DNA of 44,904 nt from positions 1-44,904 of the IMG/VR virus record IMGVR_UViG_3300016662_000082; one strand, written 5' to 3'. The notes below the pieces were generated by a model that did not search any database, was not told the DNA's origin, and saw only the letters and a program-made list of their open reading frames with translations. This DNA is from a virus. Its lineage: Duplodnaviria > Caudoviricetes. This document shows, piece after piece, positions 36,661-44,904 of this stretch. The position numbers and the translations under genes were made by a program. How positions within the stretch are numbered: the stretch's first letter is position 1; every line of letters begins with the position of its first letter.

Positions 36661-38904
36661 TTAAACATCATAAGGCAGACTGTTTTGGAAACCACTTCTC
36701 ATCACATAAAGGTTCGGCATCACAAACATTCCACCGCTCACAGAAATGCCTATGATTTGTTGCATATCGCCAGACAAGAATGCGGATTGCAAAGCACCTC
36801 CTTGAGTGAATCCACTTGTACTTACGATTATGCCGCCAGAACCAACATAAAGGGCATTTCCTTCAAATCCGCTTGCAAGCATTCCAGAAGCAGTATTGAA
36901 TATTCTTCCATAAGAAACAACAGTACAGGCAGTACCGCTTAATGCGCCACTCATTGTCACGCCAATTGCAGGCAATCTTAAGCCAGAAGCTCTTTCTGCA
37001 CGGAAAATAACACCGCCTGATCCCATGCAAACAGCTTTAATTCCAGAAATAAGTTCACCAGCATTGAATGAAGTCGTGAGCAATCTATAGGATTGCAATG
37101 CCACAGCAGTAGTTGCTAAATGAACTGTATCAATTTGACCTGAACCAATGTTTGCTGCGATAATTGATGAATTTCCCAAATGAAATACGCCAACTTGACC
37201 GCTTCCTATTTGACCTGATGCTAAAGCTCCTGAACTTAGATGAATTGAACCGATAATGCCATCGGCTATGATTCCACTTACAAATGTTCCTGATGCCAAG
37301 TGAACACCAGCCACTTGACCTGAGGCTATATTTCCACTTCTGACAGCGTTGTTGGCTAGATGAAATTGTCCAATTTGACCTGATGCGATGGCTCCGCTTG
37401 TGACGCTTCCTGAGCCTAAATTTGTTGCAAAAATAACACCAGAAGCAATATTGTCGTTAAATATTTGACCAGAAGCAATATTAAAATTAAATACGGCGCT
37501 ATCTCCAACCATGCCTGATTTTATATCGCCAGATCGTATATTTGGAACACCAGCAGTTAATACACCGCTTGCTAAGTGTCCGCTGCCAATTTGACCACTT
37601 GCGATATTTCCACTCAGAATTGAACCTGAGCTAATTTTTCCGCTTGAAATTGCTCCCGAAGCGATGTGAAATTGCCCAATTTGACCTGATGCAATGGCAC
37701 CGCTTCTGACCGCACCGCTGGCTAGATGAGGTGCGCCAATTTGACCCGATCCTATATTTCCACTTAAAACACCGCCTGCCGCAATGTGCGTCCACCATAT
37801 AGAGCCAGAGGCGATATTTCCACTCAACACGGCGTTTAGTGAAAGTTTTCCGCTTATTACTGCTCCCGACAAAATATGATAATCAAATATTTGTCCTGAT
37901 TGAATGTGAACATTCTGGACTGCGCCGCTGACTAAGTGGAGTCCACCAAATTGACCTGAAGCAAGGTTTCCGCTTAGGACTGCTCCTGCGGCAATTTTTC
38001 CTGATGTAATTGCGCCTGAGGCAATGTGTATAAATCCTACTTGACCGCTCCCAATTTGTCCGCTTTGTAAAGCTCCGCTTCCGATGTGAAAAGAGAATAT
38101 TTGACCGGAAGCGATGGCTCCGCTCGTCACGGAACCACTTGAAAGGTGGAATTGTCCTATCTGACCTGAGGCGATTGATCCGCTCAATACAGCGTTATTT
38201 CCAATTTCGCCGCTTGTCACCGATCCAGATAAAATTGCTGTCGTACCAGAAGCTAAGTGGATTAAACCTAAACTTCCTGATGCCACATTTCCACTAAAAA
38301 TTGCTGAATTGCCTATGTTTCCACTTTGAACTTGACCTGATCTTAGAAGTATTGATCCGCTGACTATGTGAAATTGTCCAATTTGTCCTGAGCCAATATT
38401 TCCACTTAATACAGCATTGTTTCCAATTTCGCCGCTAGAAACTTGTCCAGATGATAATTCAAGAGTTCCACTTGCTAAGTGGTTGATTCCTACTTGTCCA
38501 GAAGCAATATTTCCGCTAAAAATTGCACTATCGCCAATGTTTCCAGATTGCACCTGACCAGAAGAAAGAAAAATAGCTCCGCTTGCAATATGAAATTTTC
38601 CAATTTGACCTGAAGCGATATTACCACTTGTTACTGCATTGTTACCTATATTTCCAGACTGAACCTGACCAGATGTTAGGCTTCCACCACCACCACCACC
38701 ACCCACACCGCTAGCTAAATGAAATGTACCAATTTGTCCTGAAGCGATGTTTCCACTAAAAATAACATTGTCACCTAGCTGTCCACTTGTGATGGAGCCA
38801 GAAGCATTAGTTGCTCTCCAAAAAGTACCGTTGTAAATCCAAGCATTAAAGCTGTATTCGTACCTTTGTCCCGAAGATGGTGATGATGGAAAACTAATTG
38901 GCAT
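36661..38904 (-). CDS. Ser-Gly repeat fibre protein
   Basis: About 20-aa repeats AVLSGNIASGQIGxxHLASG; N-terminus MPISFPSSP; C-terminal AGELISGIKAVC domain. Confidence 0.8.
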   Translation of the reverse strand: MPISFPSSPSSGQRYEYSFNAWIYNGTFWRATNASGSITSGQLGDNVIFSGNIASGQIGTFHLASGVGGGGGGGSLTSGQVQSGNIGNNAVTSGNIASGQIGKFHIASGAIFLSSGQVQSGNIGDSAIFSGNIASGQVGINHLASGTLELSSGQVSSGEIGNNAVLSGNIGSGQIGQFHIVSGSILLRSGQVQSGNIGNSAIFSGNVASGSLGLIHLASGTTAILSGSVTSGEIGNNAVLSGSIASGQIGQFHLSSGSVTSGAIASGQIFSFHIGSGALQSGQIGSGQVGFIHIASGAITSGKIAAGAVLSGNLASGQFGGLHLVSGAVQNVHIQSGQIFDYHILSGAVISGKLSLNAVLSGNIASGSIWWTHIAAGGVLSGNIGSGQIGAPHLASGAVRSGAIASGQIGQFHIASGAISSGKISSGSILSGNIASGQIGSGHLASGVLTAGVPNIRSGDIKSGMVGDSAVFNFNIASGQIFNDNIASGVIFATNLGSGSVTSGAIASGQIGQFHLANNAVRSGNIASGQVAGVHLASGTFVSGIIADGIIGSIHLSSGALASGQIGSGQVGVFHLGNSSIIAANIGSGQIDTVHLATTAVALQSYRLLTTSFNAGELISGIKAVCMGSGGVIFRAERASGLRLPAIGVTMSGALSGTACTVVSYGRIFNTASGMLASGFEGNALYVGSGGIIVSTSGFTQGGALQSAFLSGDMQQIIGISVSGGMFVMPNLYVMRSGFQNSLPYDV

Positions 38905-38921
38905 TTCTTTATCCTAAAATT

Positions 38922-41900
38922 TTATTGTACCCATTGTGCCGTAGCACCATCATAAATATAAGTTAGTAATGTTCCTGTGTTTGTATCAAACCAACGATCA
39001 CCATAAAGTGGGCTGGATGGGGCGCTTGCGCTAATTGTAAAAGATGGAACAAGACCGCTTGTGAGGCTAAATTTTCCAACATTTCCGCTTGCGATGCTTC
39101 CACTCACAACTGATGCATTTGCAAGAAGTCCGCTACCAATTGATCCACTCAATAAGTTAAATATTGCAGCGCCTGATGATAAGTGAAAGTTAGAAATTTG
39201 ACCGCTGGCTATGCTTCCGCTTACAATAGCTGCGTTGCCAACATGACCACTTGTGACACTTCCTGATGAATGGTGAAACTGACCAATACTTCCGCTGGCT
39301 ATGGTTCCTGACAACACGGATGCATTTGCAAGCAATCCGCTGCCAATTGAGCCGCTTAACAAGTTAAATATTGCAGCGCCAGATGATAAGTGGAAATTGG
39401 AAATTTGTCCACTACTAATTTCGCCGCTTTGGATCGTTCCATCAGCAATGTGTACTGAACCAATACTTCCGCTGGCAATGCTTCCACTTACAATAGCTGC
39501 GTTGCCTATATGGCCACTTGTGACACTTCCTGATGAATGGTGAAACTGACCAATACTTCCGCTGGCTATGGTCCCCGACAACACGGATGCATTTGCGAGA
39601 AGTCCACTTCCGATTGAACCAGACTGAATATTTGCTATTGTAGCGCCAGATGAAAGGTGGAAATTAGATACCTGACCGATGGCAATGCTTCCGCTTACAA
39701 TAGCAGCGTTGCCTATATGGCCACTTGTCACGCTTCCTGATGAATGGTGAAACTGACCAATACTTCCACTAGCTATGGTTCCTGACAAAACCGATGTATT
39801 TGCGAAAAGTCCGCTACCAATTGATCCACTCAATAAGTTAAATATTGCAGCGCCAGATGATAGGTGAAAGTTAGAAATTTGACCGCTACTAATTTTACCA
39901 CTTAGGATTGCTCCATCAGCGATGTGTACTGAACCAATACTTCCGCTGGCTATGGTTCCTGACGCTACTGATGCGTTGGCAAGTAATCCGCTTACAATTG
40001 AACCAGACTGAATATTTGCTATTGCAGCGCCTGATGACAGATGAAAATTTGACACCTGACCAGAAGCAATACTGCCGCTTACTACAGCAGCATTTCCAAT
40101 GTAGCCGCTTGTAACGCTTCCTGAATTTAATCCAGCAGATAACACACCTGAAGCAATGTGGTTTGCTCCAATTTGACCTGAAGCAATACTTCCAGACACG
40201 ACCGATGCATTAGCAAGCAAACCGCTAACAATTGAACCCGATTGAATATTTGCTATTGCAGCGCCAGATGATAAATGGAAATTAGAAACTTGACCAGATG
40301 CAACATTTCCTGATATAACTGATGCATTTCCCAACGAACCGCTTTGGACTGATCCGCTGGTAACAAATGTCCCAGAAAATACAGTTCCCGAAGCCAAGTG
40401 ATAAAGTCCTATTTGTCCACTAGAAATATCTCCACTTAATACCGCACCATCAGATAAATGGACACTTCCAATACTTCCACTAGCAATACTTCCAGAAACT
40501 ACAGCAGCATTACCAATGTAACCACTAGTGACACTTCCAGAAGTTAATCCAGCAGAAATAACACCAGACGCTATATGGTTGGCTCCTATTTGTCCACTTC
40601 CTATACTTCCGCTCACAACGGCATTATTGCCTATCATTCCAGAGACAATAAATCCAGAAGTAAAGAAACTGTTTGCCGTACCAGAAGCAAGATGGTTGAT
40701 ACTTACTTGACCAGATGCGATGCTTCCACTTACGACTGATGCATTTCCCAACGAACCGCTTTGGACTGATCCACTTGTAACAAATGTACCAGAAAAAACC
40801 GTTCCAGAAGCCAAGTGAACTAATCCTATTTGCCCACTTGCGACAGTTCCACTTACTACACTATTGTTTGCTAATTTTCCGCTGCCTATTGATCCACTCA
40901 ATAGATTTGCAATTGCAGCACCAGATGCTAAAGCAATAGTTACGGCACCACTACCGTTATAACTGCCACCATCGAGCCCTGTTCCAATAGTTAATGTCGA
41001 ATTGGTATAACTGCCTCCCAAAGCCGTGGAAGCACCATTTATTGTAATTGCAGAATTGGCAAGTTGGTTGTTGGATACACTTCCTGACAATAAATTAAAT
41101 GTAGCAGCACCGGAAGATAGGTGCAGATTTGAGATTTGACCACTAGCAATACTCCCGCTAACAACGGCATTATTTCCTATCATCCCAGAAGTAATATGTC
41201 CTGAAGTAAAGAAGCTGTTTACAGTTCCAGATGCTAAATGATTGATTCCTATTTGTCCACTAGAAATATTTCCAGAAAGAACTGCTCCATCAGCCAAATG
41301 AACAGAACTGATACTTCCACTTGCGATACTTCCGCTTACAACAGATGCATTTCCTAAACTTCCACTCTGCACACTACCAGAAGTTACAAATGTACCAGAA
41401 AACACAGTACCAGATGCTAAGTGATAAAGTCCTATTTGACCACTACTAATATCACCACTTAATACCGCTCCATCAGCCAAATGAACACTTCCAATAATTC
41501 CACTAGCAATACTCCCGCTAACAACGGCGGCATTTCCAAGCATTCCTGAGACGATAAAACCAGAAGTGAAGAAACTGTTTACCGTACCAGATGCTAAATG
41601 ATTGATTCCTACTTGACCCGATGCGATACTTCCGCTTACGACTGTTGCATTTCCCAATGAACCGCTTTGGACTGATCCACTTGTAACAAATGTTCCAGAA
41701 AAAACAGTCCCAGATGATAAATGATACAAACCAATCTGTCCACTAGAAATATCGCCAGATTGTACTGCACCATCAGCTAAATGAACTGAACCAATACTAC
41801 CACTAGCAATACTTCCACTTACAACAGATGCATTTCCTAAACTTCCACTCTGAACACTACCTGATGTGACAAATGTACCAGAAAAAACTGTGCCTGAAGC

Positions 41901-42749
41901 CAAATGATAAATTCCTATTTGACCACTAGAAATATCGCCACTTAATACTGCACCATCTGCTAAATGAACAGAACCAATAACTCCACTTCCAATAGAACCA
42001 CTGAGTAATCCACCGGAAGCAATGTGAATGTCTCTTATTGTGTTTTGTGTAATATTGCCTGAATTAACTGAATTGTTGCCAAGATAACCCGATGTCACAT
42101 TTCCTGAAAGCAAGAAAGTACCAGACAATATAGTGCCTGAAGCCAGATGATACAGTCCAATTTGTCCACTAGAAATATCACCAGACTGAACCGCACCTTC
42201 TGCCAAATGGACAGAACCAATAACTCCACTTCCAATAGAACCGCTTAATACAGCAGCATTTCCAATTAAACCAGAAGTAATAAATCCAGAATTGAAGAAA
42301 CTATTGACAGTCCCAGAAGCAAGATGGCTGATTCCTACTTGACCTGATGCGATGCTTCCGCTCACAACTGCATTATTGCCAATATAACCAGATGTAACAC
42401 CACCTGAAGTCAAACCAGCAGGAATTACTCCAGACGCAATATGAGTTGTTCCTACACTTCCACTCGCAATTGATCCGCTTGTTACAGCAGCATTGCCGAT
42501 ATAACCACTTGTGACTGAGCCACTTGATATTGAGGATGGTGTGATCCAAGAAAATTGTCCAGAAGAATTTGTGGCTAAAATTTGACCACTACTGCCATAA
42601 CCAGTAGGCAAAGTAAGGTTAACATTGCCTGAATTTACGGCAGATGGCGCTTGAATACCCACATAGAGTGTTCCAGAAGCATCCGTAAATTTAGCGGGGG
42701 CTTGATTGTTGAGGATCAAGCCTCTTTTGACTACAAATTCGTTTGACAT
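38922..42749 (-). CDS. Long Ser-Gly repeat fibre protein
   Basis: Repeats VVSGSIASGQIGxxHLASG; N-terminus MSNEFVVKRGL; C-terminal APSSPLYGDRWFDTNTG...QWVQ module. Confidence 0.8.
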   Translation of the reverse strand: MSNEFVVKRGLILNNQAPAKFTDASGTLYVGIQAPSAVNSGNVNLTLPTGYGSSGQILATNSSGQFSWITPSSISSGSVTSGYIGNAAVTSGSIASGSVGTTHIASGVIPAGLTSGGVTSGYIGNNAVVSGSIASGQVGISHLASGTVNSFFNSGFITSGLIGNAAVLSGSIGSGVIGSVHLAEGAVQSGDISSGQIGLYHLASGTILSGTFLLSGNVTSGYLGNNSVNSGNITQNTIRDIHIASGGLLSGSIGSGVIGSVHLADGAVLSGDISSGQIGIYHLASGTVFSGTFVTSGSVQSGSLGNASVVSGSIASGSIGSVHLADGAVQSGDISSGQIGLYHLSSGTVFSGTFVTSGSVQSGSLGNATVVSGSIASGQVGINHLASGTVNSFFTSGFIVSGMLGNAAVVSGSIASGIIGSVHLADGAVLSGDISSGQIGLYHLASGTVFSGTFVTSGSVQSGSLGNASVVSGSIASGSISSVHLADGAVLSGNISSGQIGINHLASGTVNSFFTSGHITSGMIGNNAVVSGSIASGQISNLHLSSGAATFNLLSGSVSNNQLANSAITINGASTALGGSYTNSTLTIGTGLDGGSYNGSGAVTIALASGAAIANLLSGSIGSGKLANNSVVSGTVASGQIGLVHLASGTVFSGTFVTSGSVQSGSLGNASVVSGSIASGQVSINHLASGTANSFFTSGFIVSGMIGNNAVVSGSIGSGQIGANHIASGVISAGLTSGSVTSGYIGNAAVVSGSIASGSIGSVHLSDGAVLSGDISSGQIGLYHLASGTVFSGTFVTSGSVQSGSLGNASVISGNVASGQVSNFHLSSGAAIANIQSGSIVSGLLANASVVSGSIASGQIGANHIASGVLSAGLNSGSVTSGYIGNAAVVSGSIASGQVSNFHLSSGAAIANIQSGSIVSGLLANASVASGTIASGSIGSVHIADGAILSGKISSGQISNFHLSSGAAIFNLLSGSIGSGLFANTSVLSGTIASGSIGQFHHSSGSVTSGHIGNAAIVSGSIAIGQVSNFHLSSGATIANIQSGSIGSGLLANASVLSGTIASGSIGQFHHSSGSVTSGHIGNAAIVSGSIASGSIGSVHIADGTIQSGEISSGQISNFHLSSGAAIFNLLSGSIGSGLLANASVLSGTIASGSIGQFHHSSGSVTSGHVGNAAIVSGSIASGQISNFHLSSGAAIFNLLSGSIGSGLLANASVVSGSIASGNVGKFSLTSGLVPSFTISASAPSSPLYGDRWFDTNTGTLLTYIYDGATAQWVQ
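39090..42490. repeat. Intragenic near-identical tandem duplications
   Basis: 59 identical nt at 39247-39305 and 39514-39572, a near-identical third copy near 39721-39779, and SGTVFSGTFVTSGSVQSGSLGNA repeated five times. Boundaries approximate. Confidence 0.85.
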
Positions 42750-42810
42750 CGAATTTCCTTTTTTTCACTATCCAAAAAGAAAATTTCTTTTAATTATCTA
42801 TGCTTTGCAA

Positions 42811-43125
42811 TCAAATAACATTTGCTCTTTTGCTGACTGCTTCAAGAGTTGACAAGAAATTTGGTACTAATTCAGATATTTCAGGATTTGTTGCAATTGT
42901 TTCAGGGTTTAACAAATCTGGAATAAAATGATTTACTCTTTTTTCTGACATTTCTGATGTTCCGTCTGCATTAAGTTTACCTAATTGCCAGAAAACTTCT
43001 GCAACAAATTTACGATCACCCGTTGCGCTTAGACGAAAATTGGTCAAAAACCATGTATCATATGTCTTTGCAGGAACCGGATCGATTGTGACAGGATTTG
43101 ATGAAACAATTGGTTGAATATCCAT
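42811..43125 (-). CDS. Hypothetical protein, possible fibre assembly chaperone
   Basis: 104 aa, AGGAG SD, TAAATA box at 43143-43148; paralogue of 18541..18852. Confidence 0.7.
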   Translation of the reverse strand: MDIQPIVSSNPVTIDPVPAKTYDTWFLTNFRLSATGDRKFVAEVFWQLGKLNADGTSEMSEKRVNHFIPDLLNPETIATNPEISELVPNFLSTLEAVSKRANVI

Positions 43126-43145
43126 GAATTTCTCCTTTGTTTTAT

Positions 43146-43853
43146 TTACAAACCATACCTACTTTTTAATGCATTGTAATTTTGTGTAATTTCTGATGCC
43201 GATAATGCACGGTTATACATCATGAAGTTACCTATCTGGCAGTTTGCCGCTCTTGTTGAGCCAACTAATTCATTTCCGACACTTCTTGCTACATAATATT
43301 CGCCATATGCATTGTTTGATAAGCTACCAGAGCTTTCTGCAATAAATTCATTGTTTTTATATGCCGATGGCACTCCGCTAGAATTGAGAACCATAGTTAC
43401 CATCTGCCAACCTGAATTCCATGTTGAGCCTGTGCCTATCCATCGAACATCAGGGAAAAGCATTATGACGCTGTTGCGATTAGAATCAAAAGTGCCGCTT
43501 CCCATGCCGATGGCGCATCCGCCACCGCCGCTTGCGCTTTTGAAAAATGCTCCTTTGGTGTTTAGGTTAACTTTTACAAAACCAGTCATTGTATAATTGG
43601 TGTTTCCACTAACTGGTGTGTTGCCATATGCATAATCATCAACACCATCAAAAACAACACTTCCTAAATTAGAAGCACTATATGTAGGTCCATTGGTGAG
43701 TGTTGCATGATTGCTATTTCCGCTTAAATCATTCCAATTAGTTCCATAACCGGGATAACTTAAAGAATTTCCTGCGTCCAAATGTAATACAAGACCATTT
43801 TGAACTATGGTATAGCGACCAATCGTTACTTTTCCTTTTAGGTTTATAGCCAT
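43146..43853 (-). CDS. LamG/concanavalin A-like lectin domain protein
   Basis: GLVLHLDAGN..SYPG..WNDLSGN, FDGVDDY, YNRALSASEITQNYNA. Start placed at MAINLKG (TGATG overlap). Confidence 0.9.
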   Translation of the reverse strand: MAINLKGKVTIGRYTIVQNGLVLHLDAGNSLSYPGYGTNWNDLSGNSNHATLTNGPTYSASNLGSVVFDGVDDYAYGNTPVSGNTNYTMTGFVKVNLNTKGAFFKSASGGGGCAIGMGSGTFDSNRNSVIMLFPDVRWIGTGSTWNSGWQMVTMVLNSSGVPSAYKNNEFIAESSGSLSNNAYGEYYVARSVGNELVGSTRAANCQIGNFMMYNRALSASEITQNYNALKSRYGL

Positions 43854-44569
43854 CAGTAGATGCTCCACTTGGCGTTTAGGTAGTTTTTGCAATTTGTAAT
43901 TTCTGTATCAGATAGCAATTTTTTATAAACTAAAATTTCATAAAAATAGTTGTTACCGTATTGAGAATAAGACGGAATCGCAGAAACATAGAATCCGTTT
44001 GGCACAGCAGTGCCAGCATTTCCAGTCAAAACTGATCCGTTATAATCCAAAACACTTGAAGCACCATTTACTAATGCATAAACAAGGTATCTCGTTCCAG
44101 CAATCGCCTCTCCACCATTCACTCCCCACGGGTGGCCAGCATACAAACCCCATTTTCTGGGGCCAAGGTCTTGAAATATATCCACATTTCCTACATCATT
44201 TGTCCCACAAAAACACCTACGAGTTACTGAGTCGGTTTGCATTGGTCGTAATGCCAATAAATATGTATATGGTGTGGTCGTGAGGCCAGAACTAGCCGTT
44301 TGCAGGACATCATTGCTGCCGTCAAATAGAGTCGCATTTCTGCCATTCTGATTTGCTACCCTTAGCGTCGGTTTTTTCGCCCCATCTGACTGCGTAGCGT
44401 GTCGTCCATTCCCACTTTTATCGAACCAAAATCCAACAGGATCACCATCACTAACAGCAGGGGTTACACCGTTGCTATCCTGAAACAATGACCTTGGATC
44501 GGATGCGTCCAGCCAAAGCTGTAATCCCGATATCGTCTTTGGTATTGGTATGTTAGACAATACTGTCAT
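43853..44569 (-). CDS. LamG/concanavalin A-like lectin domain protein
   Basis: GLQLWLDASD, WFDKSGNGRHA, FDGSND, EILVY, YLNAKW. Start placed at MTVLSN (ATGA overlap). Confidence 0.87.
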   Translation of the reverse strand: MTVLSNIPIPKTISGLQLWLDASDPRSLFQDSNGVTPAVSDGDPVGFWFDKSGNGRHATQSDGAKKPTLRVANQNGRNATLFDGSNDVLQTASSGLTTTPYTYLLALRPMQTDSVTRRCFCGTNDVGNVDIFQDLGPRKWGLYAGHPWGVNGGEAIAGTRYLVYALVNGASSVLDYNGSVLTGNAGTAVPNGFYVSAIPSYSQYGNNYFYEILVYKKLLSDTEITNCKNYLNAKWSIY

Positions 44570-44904
44570 GGAAATTTTCTCACTACTCTTGAAAGTCCTA
44601 ATTCGCCCACGCAATTATCAAAAGACCAAGATTCACCAATGTGCGCCTCATTTGGATGATTGGTGGTTTGTAAAATTCCATCAGGATTGCCACACCTCCA
44701 ATATGTCACGCCCGGTGTGTTTGCCAATCCGATATTCTCTAGATTCTGTCTTATTTCCTCTGTCACGACAAAACTTGATCCATAATGTGTGGCTGGCAAT
44801 TGTCCATTGAGCGACAATTCACATCCATGTTGTTGAGGTTGAGACGCATCTCTTGGTGTTCCATCGTCTTTGGGGAAGGCGATGTCGAGTGCTTGAATTG
44901 CGCC
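44566..44904 (-). CDS. Hypothetical protein (5' end outside the window)
   Basis: Frame open from the window edge: GAIQALDIAFPKDDG...LSLNGQLPATHYGSSF...RKFP. Confidence 0.65.
   Translation of the reverse strand, partial: GAIQALDIAFPKDDGTPRDASQPQQHGCELSLNGQLPATHYGSSFVVTEEIRQNLENIGLANTPGVTYWRCGNPDGILQTTNHPNEAHIGESWSFDNCVGELGLSRVVRKFP

Noticed and set aside
29681-42749. CRISPR array or diversity-generating retroelement
   Set aside because: Repeats are in-frame coding repeats differing mostly at third positions. There is no repeat-spacer pattern, no adenine-specific TR/VR pair and no reverse transcriptase in the window.
36661-42749. Ice-nucleation, antifreeze or collagen-like proteins
   Set aside because: Repeats match neither AGYGSTxT, TxT ladders nor Gly-X-Y; the termini are phage fibre modules.
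1-44904. Stop-codon reassignment, as seen in some huge phages
   Set aside because: Conserved genes are full length in code 11; TAA, TGA and TAG all end genes, and many TGA stops overlap the next start.

Overview
AT-rich window from a large T4-like (jumbo/huge) bacteriophage, read in standard code 11; the host cannot be assigned from the sequence. The left half is a replication/recombination module: partial RecA/UvsX, gp32-like SSB, UvsY-like, gp41/DnaB helicase, possible gp59 loader, DEDDh exonuclease and UvsW. It is interleaved with auxiliary genes (glf, pyrB, dCMP deaminase, GNAT, two sulfotransferases, methyltransferases, a phospholipase A2). The centre-right is a glycosyltransferase/methyltransferase cluster. 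The right end holds three very large Ser-Gly-repeat fibre proteins and two LamG proteins. The strongest candidate for an undescribed system is a minus-strand unit at 11431-13990: a ~400-nt highly paired, pseudoknotted non-coding RNA with its own promoter, a thumb-less and exonuclease-dead family-A polymerase, a translationally coupled sigma-region-2-only protein, and a second structured element. Other leads are a capsid-targeted phospholipase A2, a GGA-rich CsrA-sponge-like sRNA, a gene-32-type pseudoknot ahead of the SSB, and possible sulfated/methylated glycosylation of the Ser-Gly fibres. All calls come from reading motifs by eye; no searches or folding programs were run.
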